DNA of 64,000 nucleotides from a virus. Lineage: Duplodnaviria; Caudoviricetes. Below the pieces are notes generated by a model that made no database searches, was not told the DNA's origin, and saw only the letters and a program-made list of their open reading frames with translations. Numbering within the stretch: position 1 is the first letter of the stretch; each line of letters opens with the position of its first letter. The stretch is from the IMG/VR virus record IMGVR_UViG_3300032226_000829; one strand, written 5' to 3'. Positions 20,568-29,466 of the stretch are shown here, piece by piece. The translations under genes were made by a program, and so were the position numbers.

Positions 20568-21130
20568 ATAAATTTAAAAATTAATTCAGATCCTGTCCAA
20601 TCACTAAACTTATCCTTAAACCATTCAGGATTACGAACTTCTTTAAAGTAAGTGGGGTCAAGTAACTTAGTTTTCTTTGGTTTGACTTTTCCGTAACTAG
20701 AATAACATTCTCCGATAAAACAAAACTTTGTAGCATGGTTCATTAATATATTTTTCAATACATCGATGTCCTGATCGGGTATAAAACCAATAGCTTGTAT
20801 CATTATTACAGCGTCAAATTTTTGATGTTCATTGGGCGGAGTTTTAAATTTTTCCCAGCAAGGATCAAATTTATAAACCGAATCAATATTGAGGTATTCA
20901 TTAAAAGTTTGAAATACTCCAGGAGAATATTCTAATTTTTCTATGTATTGCTCACCTTTGCCACACCCATAATCTAATAAAGATTTTACATTGTGTTTTT
21001 CAACTAATGTTTTAATATCGTTAACATAAGCCGTTTGACTAAACCCGCTCCAAGTCTTGTTGCTTTTGTGAAATTGAGTTGACTTACCAATTAGATCGTA
21101 GTAGTGCTGGCTAAAATTATTATGGTGCAT
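20564..21130 (-). CDS. Class I SAM methyltransferase
   Basis: SLLDYGCGKG motif I; YKFDP; KFDAVI. Confidence 0.75.
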   Translation of the reverse strand: MHHNNFSQHYYDLIGKSTQFHKSNKTWSGFSQTAYVNDIKTLVEKHNVKSLLDYGCGKGEQYIEKLEYSPGVFQTFNEYLNIDSVYKFDPCWEKFKTPPNEHQKFDAVIMIQAIGFIPDQDIDVLKNILMNHATKFCFIGECYSSYGKVKPKKTKLLDPTYFKEVRNPEWFKDKFSDWTGSELIFKFI

Positions 21131-21251
21131 TGCTTATGTTCTTTCAAACAATGATCCATATTTTTTTTCAAAGTTTTTTAACCAAATTTGAATATCCATA
21201 ATACTATTTACCAGTTTACTGAGCATATAAATAGTTTTATTTAAAATTCTT

Positions 21252-21929
21252 ATGAAGATATTTGTGGGCTATGATACCAGAGAAGATATCACATATCAGG
21301 TGTGTGAGCATTCAATCAAACAGCATCAACCAAAAGCTGAAGTTCTACCACTCAAAATGAAAGAACTGCGTGAGGCAGGTTTGTACACACGCCCCATCGA
21401 TCCACTCAGCACTACCGAATTTACCTTCAGCAGATTTCTCATTCCCTACATGACCAACTACACCGGTTGGGCAGTGTTCTGTGACTGTGACTTTGTGTGG
21501 ACCGTGGATGCGGCAGAATTGTTTGCTCAAGCAGATGATCGCTATGCAGTGATGGTGGTCAAACACGATTACACTCCTGCACCAGGAGTTAAAATGGACA
21601 ATCAAAAACAAATGCCATATCCTAGAAAGAATTGGAGTTCCATGATACTGTGGAATTGTGCTCATCCTGCCAACAGAGCAGTCACTCCTGAAATGGTCAA
21701 TAAAGAAACAGGACAGTATCTGCACAGATTCAGTTGGTTAAAAGATGAAGAGATTGGCAGTGTGGATCACAGTTGGAATTGGTTGGTGGGTTGGTACAAA
21801 GCACCCAAAGATGGTGAACCCAAAGTGTTGCATTACACAGAAGGTGGACCTTGGTTCAAAGAATACAGGGATTGTGAATATAGTGATGTTTGGAAAAAAT
21901 ATCTAGCCAACATGCTTAAAATAAATTAG
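21252..21929 (+). CDS. GT8-like glycosyltransferase (plant CDI-like family)
   Basis: IFVGYDTRE, STTEFTFSRFL, FCDCDF, VKHDY, YPRKNWSS, LHYTEGGPWF; TATAAATA at 21226-21233. Confidence 0.8.
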   Translation: MKIFVGYDTREDITYQVCEHSIKQHQPKAEVLPLKMKELREAGLYTRPIDPLSTTEFTFSRFLIPYMTNYTGWAVFCDCDFVWTVDAAELFAQADDRYAVMVVKHDYTPAPGVKMDNQKQMPYPRKNWSSMILWNCAHPANRAVTPEMVNKETGQYLHRFSWLKDEEIGSVDHSWNWLVGWYKAPKDGEPKVLHYTEGGPWFKEYRDCEYSDVWKKYLANMLKIN

Positions 21930-21937
21930 GAATTATT

Positions 21938-22912
21938 ATGAAAAAAATTGCGTTTGTAACTGGAATGACTGGACAGGACGGTCCTTATCTAGCAAAACTA
22001 TTATTGGAAAAAGGATATCACGTGATTGGATTGGTCAAAAGATATTCCAGTCCCAATTTGGAAAATATTAAATTCTTAGGCATTGAAAACGATATTGAAT
22101 TGATCACAGGTGATATCACTGACGATAACAGCATGAACCATTTGATAAAAACGTTACGACCAAATGAGTTTTACAATCTTGCTGCTCAAAGTTTTGTGGG
22201 AGCCAGTTGGGATCTTAACAAGGTCACCACAGAGGTAAATGCTGTGGGAGTGTTAAACATATTAAACGCTATTAAACATCATAACCCCAGCACCAAATTT
22301 TATCAAGCCAGCACCAGTGAAATGTATGGCAATGGCATAGGAACCATCAAACAGGATGAGCACACCCCATTCCATCCTAGATCTCCTTATGGAGTGGCCA
22401 AACTGTATGCACATTGGATCACCATAAATTTTCGTGAGAGTTATAGTTTGCATGCATCCACAGGCATATTATTCAATCACGAATCTCCCATCAGAGGCAA
22501 AGAATTTGTCACAAGAAAAATTACTGACGGAGTAGCAAAAATAAAACTAGGACTGGAGAATAAAATCGTTTTAGGCAATCTAGAATCACAAAGAGACTGG
22601 GGGTTTGCTGGAGATTATGTGGAAGCCATGTGGCAGATGCTGCAACAACCAGAACCAGGAGACTATGTGATAGCCACTGGAGAGCAACACAGCATCAAAG
22701 AATTTCTACAATTGGCATTTGACAGTGTGGGCATCACAGACTGGCAACAATATGTGGAAAGTGATCCCAAATTCAAAAGACCTGCAGAACTATATAGACT
22801 GTGTGGTGATGCCACCAAAGCAGAAAAAATATTGGGCTGGCAACGCAAAACAGATTTTAAAACCTTGGTCAGCATGATGGTGGCAGCTGATATCAAACGA
22901 TTACAAAAATAA
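21938..22912 (+). CDS. gmd: GDP-mannose 4,6-dehydratase
   Basis: TGMTGQDGPYLA, YNLAAQSFV, QASTSEMYG, PRSPYGVAK, FNHESP, RDWGFAGDYVEAM. Confidence 0.95.
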   Translation: MKKIAFVTGMTGQDGPYLAKLLLEKGYHVIGLVKRYSSPNLENIKFLGIENDIELITGDITDDNSMNHLIKTLRPNEFYNLAAQSFVGASWDLNKVTTEVNAVGVLNILNAIKHHNPSTKFYQASTSEMYGNGIGTIKQDEHTPFHPRSPYGVAKLYAHWITINFRESYSLHASTGILFNHESPIRGKEFVTRKITDGVAKIKLGLENKIVLGNLESQRDWGFAGDYVEAMWQMLQQPEPGDYVIATGEQHSIKEFLQLAFDSVGITDWQQYVESDPKFKRPAELYRLCGDATKAEKILGWQRKTDFKTLVSMMVAADIKRLQK

Positions 22913-23727
22913 TGCAAAAAAAAGCAGTGGTTACCACATTCAATCAATCTGGATATGACAAGTATGGCAGTAGAATGATACAATCATTCATTCAAAACTG
23001 GCCCACAGATATCACACTGTATGTGTATGCAGAAGATTGCACAGTGAAAGAATCAGCTGCAAATGTTGTGGTAAGAGATCTACATGCAACCATTCCAGCA
23101 TTGGTAGCATTCAAAGAGCGTTGGAAAAATGATCCAAAAGCTGTGGGTAAATTGGCCACAGGACCTGCGGATCGCAGAGGCAAACAGCCTGGCATTGGAT
23201 TTCGTTGGGACGCTATTAGATTCAGTCATAAAGTTTATGCTGTTTGTCACACAGGTGTTAACTGTGATGCTGATGTGCTATTTTGGATGGATGCTGACAC
23301 TTTTTGTCACAGTCCTATACAACATGATTTTATAGATAGTATGATCAATAGTGGTGACTTGTGTTTTTTAGGCAGACCAAATAAATTCACTGAGTGCGGA
23401 TTATATGCTATGAATTTAAAAAATTCTATCACAAATATTTTTTTAAAAGAATTTCAAAACGCATATGATACAGCTAGAATTTTCACAATGAAAGAATGGA
23501 ATGATTGCTGGGTATTTGATGAAGTAAGAAAGGAAGTTAAAAATAAGTATCCTGGATGGAGTTGGAATGATTGGGCTCAAGGTATTATTAAAGATGAAGG
23601 ACATCCATTAATCAATACAGAATGGGGAGAATATTTGGATCACCTCAAAGGAAATCGAAAAACAGCAGGCAAAAGTTCACAAAGAGATTTAATTGTTAAA
23701 AGAAAAAATACCAAATATTGGTCTTAA
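22912..23727 (+). CDS. GT-A-type glycosyltransferase (DxD)
   Basis: VTTFNQSGYD, RFSHKVYA, WMDADT, WNDCWVFD, DHLKG. Confidence 0.7.
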   Translation: MQKKAVVTTFNQSGYDKYGSRMIQSFIQNWPTDITLYVYAEDCTVKESAANVVVRDLHATIPALVAFKERWKNDPKAVGKLATGPADRRGKQPGIGFRWDAIRFSHKVYAVCHTGVNCDADVLFWMDADTFCHSPIQHDFIDSMINSGDLCFLGRPNKFTECGLYAMNLKNSITNIFLKEFQNAYDTARIFTMKEWNDCWVFDEVRKEVKNKYPGWSWNDWAQGIIKDEGHPLINTEWGEYLDHLKGNRKTAGKSSQRDLIVKRKNTKYWS

Positions 23728-23754
23728 ATTTATTGTGCCAATATGCTTCTAATG

Positions 23755-24321
23755 TCATTTTCTTCTAAAAACCATACCATTTCTAGAAATATGTTTGCCA
23801 CCATCTTTCTTTGCCAAATCTTGAACAATATTTGTATCGTCAATTAACAATTCATATCCTCTTCTGGCAAGATGATCAATCCAATATTCGCTTGGTTGAC
23901 AATTAACGTGGTGCCATCCTTTTTGTCCAGGCACTGCATGAGTCATTAGTATGTACTTTCCTTGACACATTGTAGTTAACAAGTTATCGATGTATTTTTC
24001 TTCAATGTGTTCTACAACTTCAATGCAGTTTACAAAATCAACAGGCTTTTCGTAATAACCTTCTGTTAGATCTAGTAAAATTGTAGGATGTACTGCGGTG
24101 TCTACATTTTCTTTGAGACCTTCAATAGCTGTAGTATCGATACCTTGTTCTTGAAGCCATTTTGCAGCCCATCCTCGTCCCGATCCAACATCAGTGGCAG
24201 TTTTAATTTGATACTTGTCTATTAAAAACTTCCAGGCACTTGGGCACCAAGTTGCAGGGTCGCCGTTTGGAAAATTTCCACCTAGGTGCGGTTTGTTTTC
24301 GTCTATTGCGTATTTTGACAT
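23755..24321 (-). CDS. Class I SAM methyltransferase
   Basis: DVGSGRG, DFVNCIEVVEHI, GWHHVNCQ..YWI. Confidence 0.8.
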   Translation of the reverse strand: MSKYAIDENKPHLGGNFPNGDPATWCPSAWKFLIDKYQIKTATDVGSGRGWAAKWLQEQGIDTTAIEGLKENVDTAVHPTILLDLTEGYYEKPVDFVNCIEVVEHIEEKYIDNLLTTMCQGKYILMTHAVPGQKGWHHVNCQPSEYWIDHLARRGYELLIDDTNIVQDLAKKDGGKHISRNGMVFRRK

Positions 24322-24324
24322 TTT

Positions 24325-24996
24325 TTATCCTTTTCTATAGTTGTCAGCTAATGCTGCAAATTTTTTTTTAAATTTTCTATCGCCCTTGCCAGTCCAAACA
24401 AACGACGAAGATTGAGAAGTAAAATCACTGTATCTCAAATCCATTTCGTTAATTTGTTTATTTTTTAACATATCATCTAGCACATGTTGATCTAAGTACC
24501 ATTTTAAGTTGTCTATACGTTCTAACAATTTTTCTCTAAGTATATATCTAACTGTGTCAGGACCAAATCCAACAGCACTGCCAAGACTGGCTTTGTTTTC
24601 ACCGCGCACAGTTACCCAGCTTTTACTTAGATCGTTATCAAATTGTTTTTCTGTTAAATCGTTTTTAAAAAGACTATCGGAATCTATAGCAATCAATGAA
24701 ATTGAATCATCAAACAATTCAGTAATTCTTATAAATCGAGTGTTGACCCAAAAGGCACGTTTAGTTTCAATGTTAGTAGAATACTTGGCTGGGGTTTTTT
24801 CTACAGTAATAGAAACATTATTTTGTAAGCACCAAGTTTTATCTTCTTCAGTTCCATCAAAAATATGAACGTGAATATGTGCCCAAGGGCAATGAATCTT
24901 AACACTCTTTATAAACAATTTAGTCCAGGTATTAAAATATACAGTGTCGCTAGGACAATAAAACCCCTTCTTAGATATTTTTTTAAAGTTACTCAT
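24325..24996 (-). CDS. Putative GT-A glycosyltransferase
   Basis: IAIDSDS DxD motif, WYLDQ, WTGKG..K. Confidence 0.55.
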   Translation of the reverse strand: MSNFKKISKKGFYCPSDTVYFNTWTKLFIKSVKIHCPWAHIHVHIFDGTEEDKTWCLQNNVSITVEKTPAKYSTNIETKRAFWVNTRFIRITELFDDSISLIAIDSDSLFKNDLTEKQFDNDLSKSWVTVRGENKASLGSAVGFGPDTVRYILREKLLERIDNLKWYLDQHVLDDMLKNKQINEMDLRYSDFTSQSSSFVWTGKGDRKFKKKFAALADNYRKG

Positions 24997-25073
24997 AACA
25001 ATTACTTAGAATGTCCAGCAGTTTCTCTTTTAATGTCTTCTTTTGAAATTAGATTTTTCATATTTTAATTTAT

Positions 25074-25712
25074 TTAATGAGCCACAAGTACAACATTACG
25101 ATGCAAAGGATCCCACGCTCCTATTTTATATTGAAACTTTTCAATACAAAACTTTAATGCTGCTGTTTCACCAAATTCTTGTTCTAAAACTAAGACGGGT
25201 TTATATTTTTCTATAGTTTTTATTGCGCCTTGTAAAACATTTAATTCGTATCCGTCTACATCAATTTTAATATAATCAATATTTTCAAAATTAAATTCAT
25301 CTATTGTGTATAGCTGTTCATCATACCATTCTTCCAGCGGTACTTTTCCAGCGGTTATACTTCCAGCACCGCTTACCTTTATAATTTTATGCTCTTCACC
25401 TAGAGCACATTTGAAATGTGTAATTTTAGATAGGTCAACATTTTTATGAAATAATTTTCTTCTTCGATAATCAAAACAATAAACATGTTCAAAATCTTTG
25501 TGAATATATCTTGTATATTCGCCGTCTCTACACCCAACGTCAATGGCATTTCTTTTTGACATAATAAATGGTAAACTTACCATCCAAGTTTGTTTACAAT
25601 GATGATCGGGAAATTCTTCTGTTCCATCTGGACTGTAAAAAAAGTCTTTTTCATACCAATTCCAGTCAAAAGGATTAGAATCAAATACTGTTGGGTTTAA
25701 AGGCCATATCAT
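25074..25712 (-). CDS. FkbM-family SAM methyltransferase
   Basis: AIDVGCRDG, YIKIDVDGYELNVLQGA..TI..YKPVL. Confidence 0.8.
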   Translation of the reverse strand: MIWPLNPTVFDSNPFDWNWYEKDFFYSPDGTEEFPDHHCKQTWMVSLPFIMSKRNAIDVGCRDGEYTRYIHKDFEHVYCFDYRRRKLFHKNVDLSKITHFKCALGEEHKIIKVSGAGSITAGKVPLEEWYDEQLYTIDEFNFENIDYIKIDVDGYELNVLQGAIKTIEKYKPVLVLEQEFGETAALKFCIEKFQYKIGAWDPLHRNVVLVAH

Positions 25713-26209
25713 AAACTTTTAATCCACACGTAGTTAGGGCCCACATCATATTGTTTGATCATTTCATTCACTGCTTGATTCACTCCTGGGTAATCAATAT
25801 CGTGACCTGTTAACAATCCATTCTCTTTGAGTTTGGGTGTGTATTTGATTATGTCTTTTTTAACATAATCATAACTGTGATTGGCATCTATAAAAACTAA
25901 ATCCAAACTATTGTCAGCTATCTGATCAGCTGCCAGTTCACTTGTAGCTTCTATCGGTATTAATCTATTTTTGTATCTGTTGGCTACTTCTTTGTTGTAA
26001 AATTCTTTAATACTCATATCTATGGCATATATGGTCAGCTCAGGACAATGCTCCAATAAATGAAAAGTGGTTCTGCCATCTCTAACTCCCACTTCAGCCA
26101 TTGTTTTAAAATTATTTTTTTCGATCAAATGTCTTAGGAAATGCTTTCTATTGGTCTTGCCTTCCCATTGAATGGTCATTGGAATGTTTAATCTATCAGA
26201 TCTTTTCAT
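25709..26209 (-). CDS. Class I SAM methyltransferase (Methyltransf_24-like)
   Basis: AEVGVRDG, DLVFIDANHSYDYV..DI, GHDIDYPGV. Confidence 0.85.
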   Translation of the reverse strand: MKRSDRLNIPMTIQWEGKTNRKHFLRHLIEKNNFKTMAEVGVRDGRTTFHLLEHCPELTIYAIDMSIKEFYNKEVANRYKNRLIPIEATSELAADQIADNSLDLVFIDANHSYDYVKKDIIKYTPKLKENGLLTGHDIDYPGVNQAVNEMIKQYDVGPNYVWIKSL

Positions 26210-26212
26210 AAA

Positions 26213-26557
26213 TTATTTTTTATGCCCAACGGTTTCTCTTTCAATGTCTTCATGATTGAATTCGGCCCAATACAATTCAAAGGCCACTGTGTCTTCCACT
26301 GCCTCGAACTGATGATATTCACCGGGAGCTACTTTGGTATACTGACCCGCTGTCAATACCGTTTCGTCTATGAGATCATAATTGTTCTTCCACACTCGGA
26401 TAATCATCTTGCCGGACTCCACAAAGAATCCGTTCCACTTGTATTTGTGAGTGTGTTTGGAACACGTGCCTCCGGCTTTTGCCTCAATGCGATGAAATTC
26501 CAGTACTCCATTGGCCTCCAACAATTCTGTTTTGCCCCATACTTTACCTGCTATCAT
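26213..26557 (-). CDS. Cupin protein (sugar isomerase-like)
   Basis: GKVWG, SKHTH, F.VESG, PGEYHQF cupin motifs. Confidence 0.75.
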   Translation of the reverse strand: MIAGKVWGKTELLEANGVLEFHRIEAKAGGTCSKHTHKYKWNGFFVESGKMIIRVWKNNYDLIDETVLTAGQYTKVAPGEYHQFEAVEDTVAFELYWAEFNHEDIERETVGHKK

Positions 26558-27227
26558 AAGTTCTTCCTTTCCCTGTATGTGTTTGAATCGGAAACTGTAA
26601 ATCTACAGATTTTATTTTTCTAGCTGTAGTTAAAATATAATTTTTTTTTGGATGCGATTTCTTATTAAAATCTAAAACTATATCTCCGTACTTATCGATA
26701 ATATTTTGAGATAATATTTCAAAACCATTTTGTGAAAAACCGTCTTCATGGAATATAGGATTAACATTAAAGTATCCATGATTGAGATTATATATCGGAG
26801 CAATCGTAGTTGCTATTCCGCCTACTTTTACAAAATCACAGATATTTAAAAATGCCTGGCCTATATTAAAGCAATGTTCGAGACAACTAGAATCAATTAA
26901 AAAATCAAATTTTTCTTTGTAAATATTTGATATTGGGTAATTAAAATCTAAAATTTCTTCAGTTCCATTATGTTGTTTAATGTCAAACACTGTAATTTTA
27001 CAATTATAAAGAGCTTTTAAAATATCGATCAGATAATAGTTAGAATTGTCAATAGAGTTTTCTTTGCTTTTCTTTAGAATTTCTTCACCAAATGTTTTAT
27101 TTAATAACGGAATATTTTGATGAAGGTCCGGAAAACCTAAAATAACTAAATTTAATTCTTGGTCCGTAACTACTTGAGAATCTAGTAATTCTTTTATTTT
27201 TTCAAAATGCAAATTAAGGATTCCCAT
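26544..27227 (-). CDS. Putative SAM methyltransferase
   Basis: FDFLIDSSCLEHCFNI, HGYFNVNP. Confidence 0.6.
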   Translation of the reverse strand: MGILNLHFEKIKELLDSQVVTDQELNLVILGFPDLHQNIPLLNKTFGEEILKKSKENSIDNSNYYLIDILKALYNCKITVFDIKQHNGTEEILDFNYPISNIYKEKFDFLIDSSCLEHCFNIGQAFLNICDFVKVGGIATTIAPIYNLNHGYFNVNPIFHEDGFSQNGFEILSQNIIDKYGDIVLDFNKKSHPKKNYILTTARKIKSVDLQFPIQTHTGKGRTYDSR

Positions 27228-27297
27228 ATACTTTTCCTGCTATCATGATGCATTCGCTCTGGTTGATTTGGTATTAAATACTCACATATTTATCCAT

Positions 27298-28140
27298 ATG
27301 AAATTTGGTCTATTCAAAAACAACGGAGCACTCAACAGTGCAGACATCTTCTACTATGTGGCGGACGGCTTGCAGCAGTTGGGTCACACTGTAACATATA
27401 ACACTGTGGAAGACATAGATGTGCCTGTGATATGGTCCATGTTGTGGCATGGTAGAATGCAAGGCAATCACGCCATCTATCAATCATACAGAAGTCGTGG
27501 TAAGAATGTGTTGGTTTTGGAAGTGGGTGGCATACAGAGAAATGTCACTTGGAAAGTGGCGTTGAATGGCATCAATCGTTCTGCTGATTTTGGCATGGGT
27601 GACATGGATTCTGACAGACCCCATAGATTAAAATTAAAATTAAAACCTTGGCGCACTGATGGTGAACACATTTTAATTTGTGCTCAACACGACAAGAGCG
27701 AGCAGTGGCGAGACATGCCCACTCTGGACAGATGGGTTCACAACACTGTGCTCAAAATTAGAGAACATTCCCAAAGACCTATTGTGATCAGACCACACCC
27801 ACGTTGCCCTATCAAAGATACATTTAAAATGTTTGGCAATGTCACTGTTCAAAATCCTGTGCAGATAGATGGAACTTATGATGATTTTAATTTGGATTTT
27901 CGCAACTGTTGGGCAGTGGTGAGTTGGAGCAGCAATCCCGGACCACAAGCAGTGATTGCAGGCGTGCCTGTGTTTGTGGGTCCTGACAGTTTGGCACATG
28001 ATGTGGCCAATACAGATTTGGCAAACATTGAAACACCACACATGCCCCATCGTGAAAATTGGTTGGTGAATTACGCTCACACTGAGTGGACCGTGGATGA
28101 AATCAGAACCGGAATTCCTTTTAAACGCTTGACTTTCTAA
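27298..28140 (+). CDS. Capsule-synthesis (KpsS/KpsC-like) glycosyltransferase, paralog 3
   Basis: HILICAQ, IVIRPHPR, VVSWSSNPGPQAVIAGVPVF; start 27298. Confidence 0.6.
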   Translation: MKFGLFKNNGALNSADIFYYVADGLQQLGHTVTYNTVEDIDVPVIWSMLWHGRMQGNHAIYQSYRSRGKNVLVLEVGGIQRNVTWKVALNGINRSADFGMGDMDSDRPHRLKLKLKPWRTDGEHILICAQHDKSEQWRDMPTLDRWVHNTVLKIREHSQRPIVIRPHPRCPIKDTFKMFGNVTVQNPVQIDGTYDDFNLDFRNCWAVVSWSSNPGPQAVIAGVPVFVGPDSLAHDVANTDLANIETPHMPHRENWLVNYAHTEWTVDEIRTGIPFKRLTF

Positions 28141-28157
28141 TATCTACCGCTTATAAT
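28129..28157 (+). promoter_or_regulatory. Sigma70-type promoter
   Basis: TTGACT-N17-TATAAT; ATG 6 nt after the -10 box. Confidence 0.8.
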
Positions 28158-28163
28158 TAGCGT

Positions 28164-29465
28164 ATGCTAATTTCTAATCAAACACCCATGATATACACAG
28201 TGGAAGACTGTCTGGAAATTATGATGGGCTTCAGTGATATTTTGGTTTCTCCTCCTTTCGAACTGTTGGAACGTGATAAAAAAATCTTACAAAGCATTGC
28301 TTCTAAAACATTTAAAGGTATAGGATTAACTGACAAGCAATTGGCTGTGATTAAAAAAATACTTTTAACTAACTATATTCAACAATTTTCTGATAGAGAT
28401 ATTGATTTAATCAAGTCCTTAGAAACGCTGCGAGGTCCACTGCGTGAATTGGATCGTTCCACATACATCAGACTTAGAAAAGTCCAAGACATTCCCGAAC
28501 TCAAAGACGTGTATAATCAAGGCAACTTTGGCATTGAACTCCAACTGATAGATGTGCGTTTTCCTTTCAACATGTCCTATGCTCGTTTGCTGAATGATGT
28601 GAAGAAAAAATTTAGATACGACGATAGATATTTCAATCATAACAATCATTATTTTTTTCCCTATGACGAAAAATACGTTTATCATTTGATTGATAAATTC
28701 AAAAACAAAATCAAAGACATTGATCCTGAGTTATTGGAAGTTTATCAAAAACTGTGTGACATAAATGCACACCCTGAACAACATCTGCCTGGCATATATG
28801 ATTACGAAATACGCAATGTGCCTCGTGAATATATAAATCATTTGCACAACAACATAGGTATTCCCAACAAAGAAAATTTATATCTTTATCAAGATCGTCG
28901 TCAAGCACTGGCTTTGGAGTTTATGGAGAGTGCTGCTGTGCAGGAGTCATTGGGCAAAATAGATATTCTAAGTCAAAAAATTGCAATGAGAAAAACTTTT
29001 ATTGTGAACATAAACAAACACAAATGGACTCTGGATCAAGTGATTGGATCTTTGAATCAACTGTTGAGATTTCCTCTACTGGTGGTGTTGAATGAAAAAC
29101 AAGCACTGGATGATTATCATCAGATACACAGTAGACTGAAGTTGCTGTTTCCATCTTCTGCACAATCAGTGCTGTTTAGACTGCCAAATGAAGAAGCCAA
29201 CAACATAGAATTCAACCTGCGTGTGTCAGAAGATCGCACAAATAATTCCATTGATGAAAACACAAAAATAGTTTATATTAGTCATAAACGTGTGCCCAAA
29301 CCTTTGATCAAATCTAAATGGCGAGCACAGGCTGCTATCAGTTTAAGAAGTGAAAAGGAACACAACCAAGTACAAAACTTTTTGCAACAGTATGATTTGA
29401 TCATACAGTATGACCATGAAGAAAGTCCTTGGAACATTTGGCATCACGAAGTGGAGATCATATAA
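28164..29465 (+). CDS. Hypothetical protein upstream of uvsW
   Basis: 433-aa ORF in core-like codon style; no recognised motif. Confidence 0.75.
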   Translation: MLISNQTPMIYTVEDCLEIMMGFSDILVSPPFELLERDKKILQSIASKTFKGIGLTDKQLAVIKKILLTNYIQQFSDRDIDLIKSLETLRGPLRELDRSTYIRLRKVQDIPELKDVYNQGNFGIELQLIDVRFPFNMSYARLLNDVKKKFRYDDRYFNHNNHYFFPYDEKYVYHLIDKFKNKIKDIDPELLEVYQKLCDINAHPEQHLPGIYDYEIRNVPREYINHLHNNIGIPNKENLYLYQDRRQALALEFMESAAVQESLGKIDILSQKIAMRKTFIVNINKHKWTLDQVIGSLNQLLRFPLLVVLNEKQALDDYHQIHSRLKLLFPSSAQSVLFRLPNEEANNIEFNLRVSEDRTNNSIDENTKIVYISHKRVPKPLIKSKWRAQAAISLRSEKEHNQVQNFLQQYDLIIQYDHEESPWNIWHHEVEII

Positions 29466-29466
29466 C

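Noticed and set aside
21134-21199. 21-codon ORF behind a minus-strand TAAATA box
   Set aside because: Too short to support as a gene; may be a leader or remnant.
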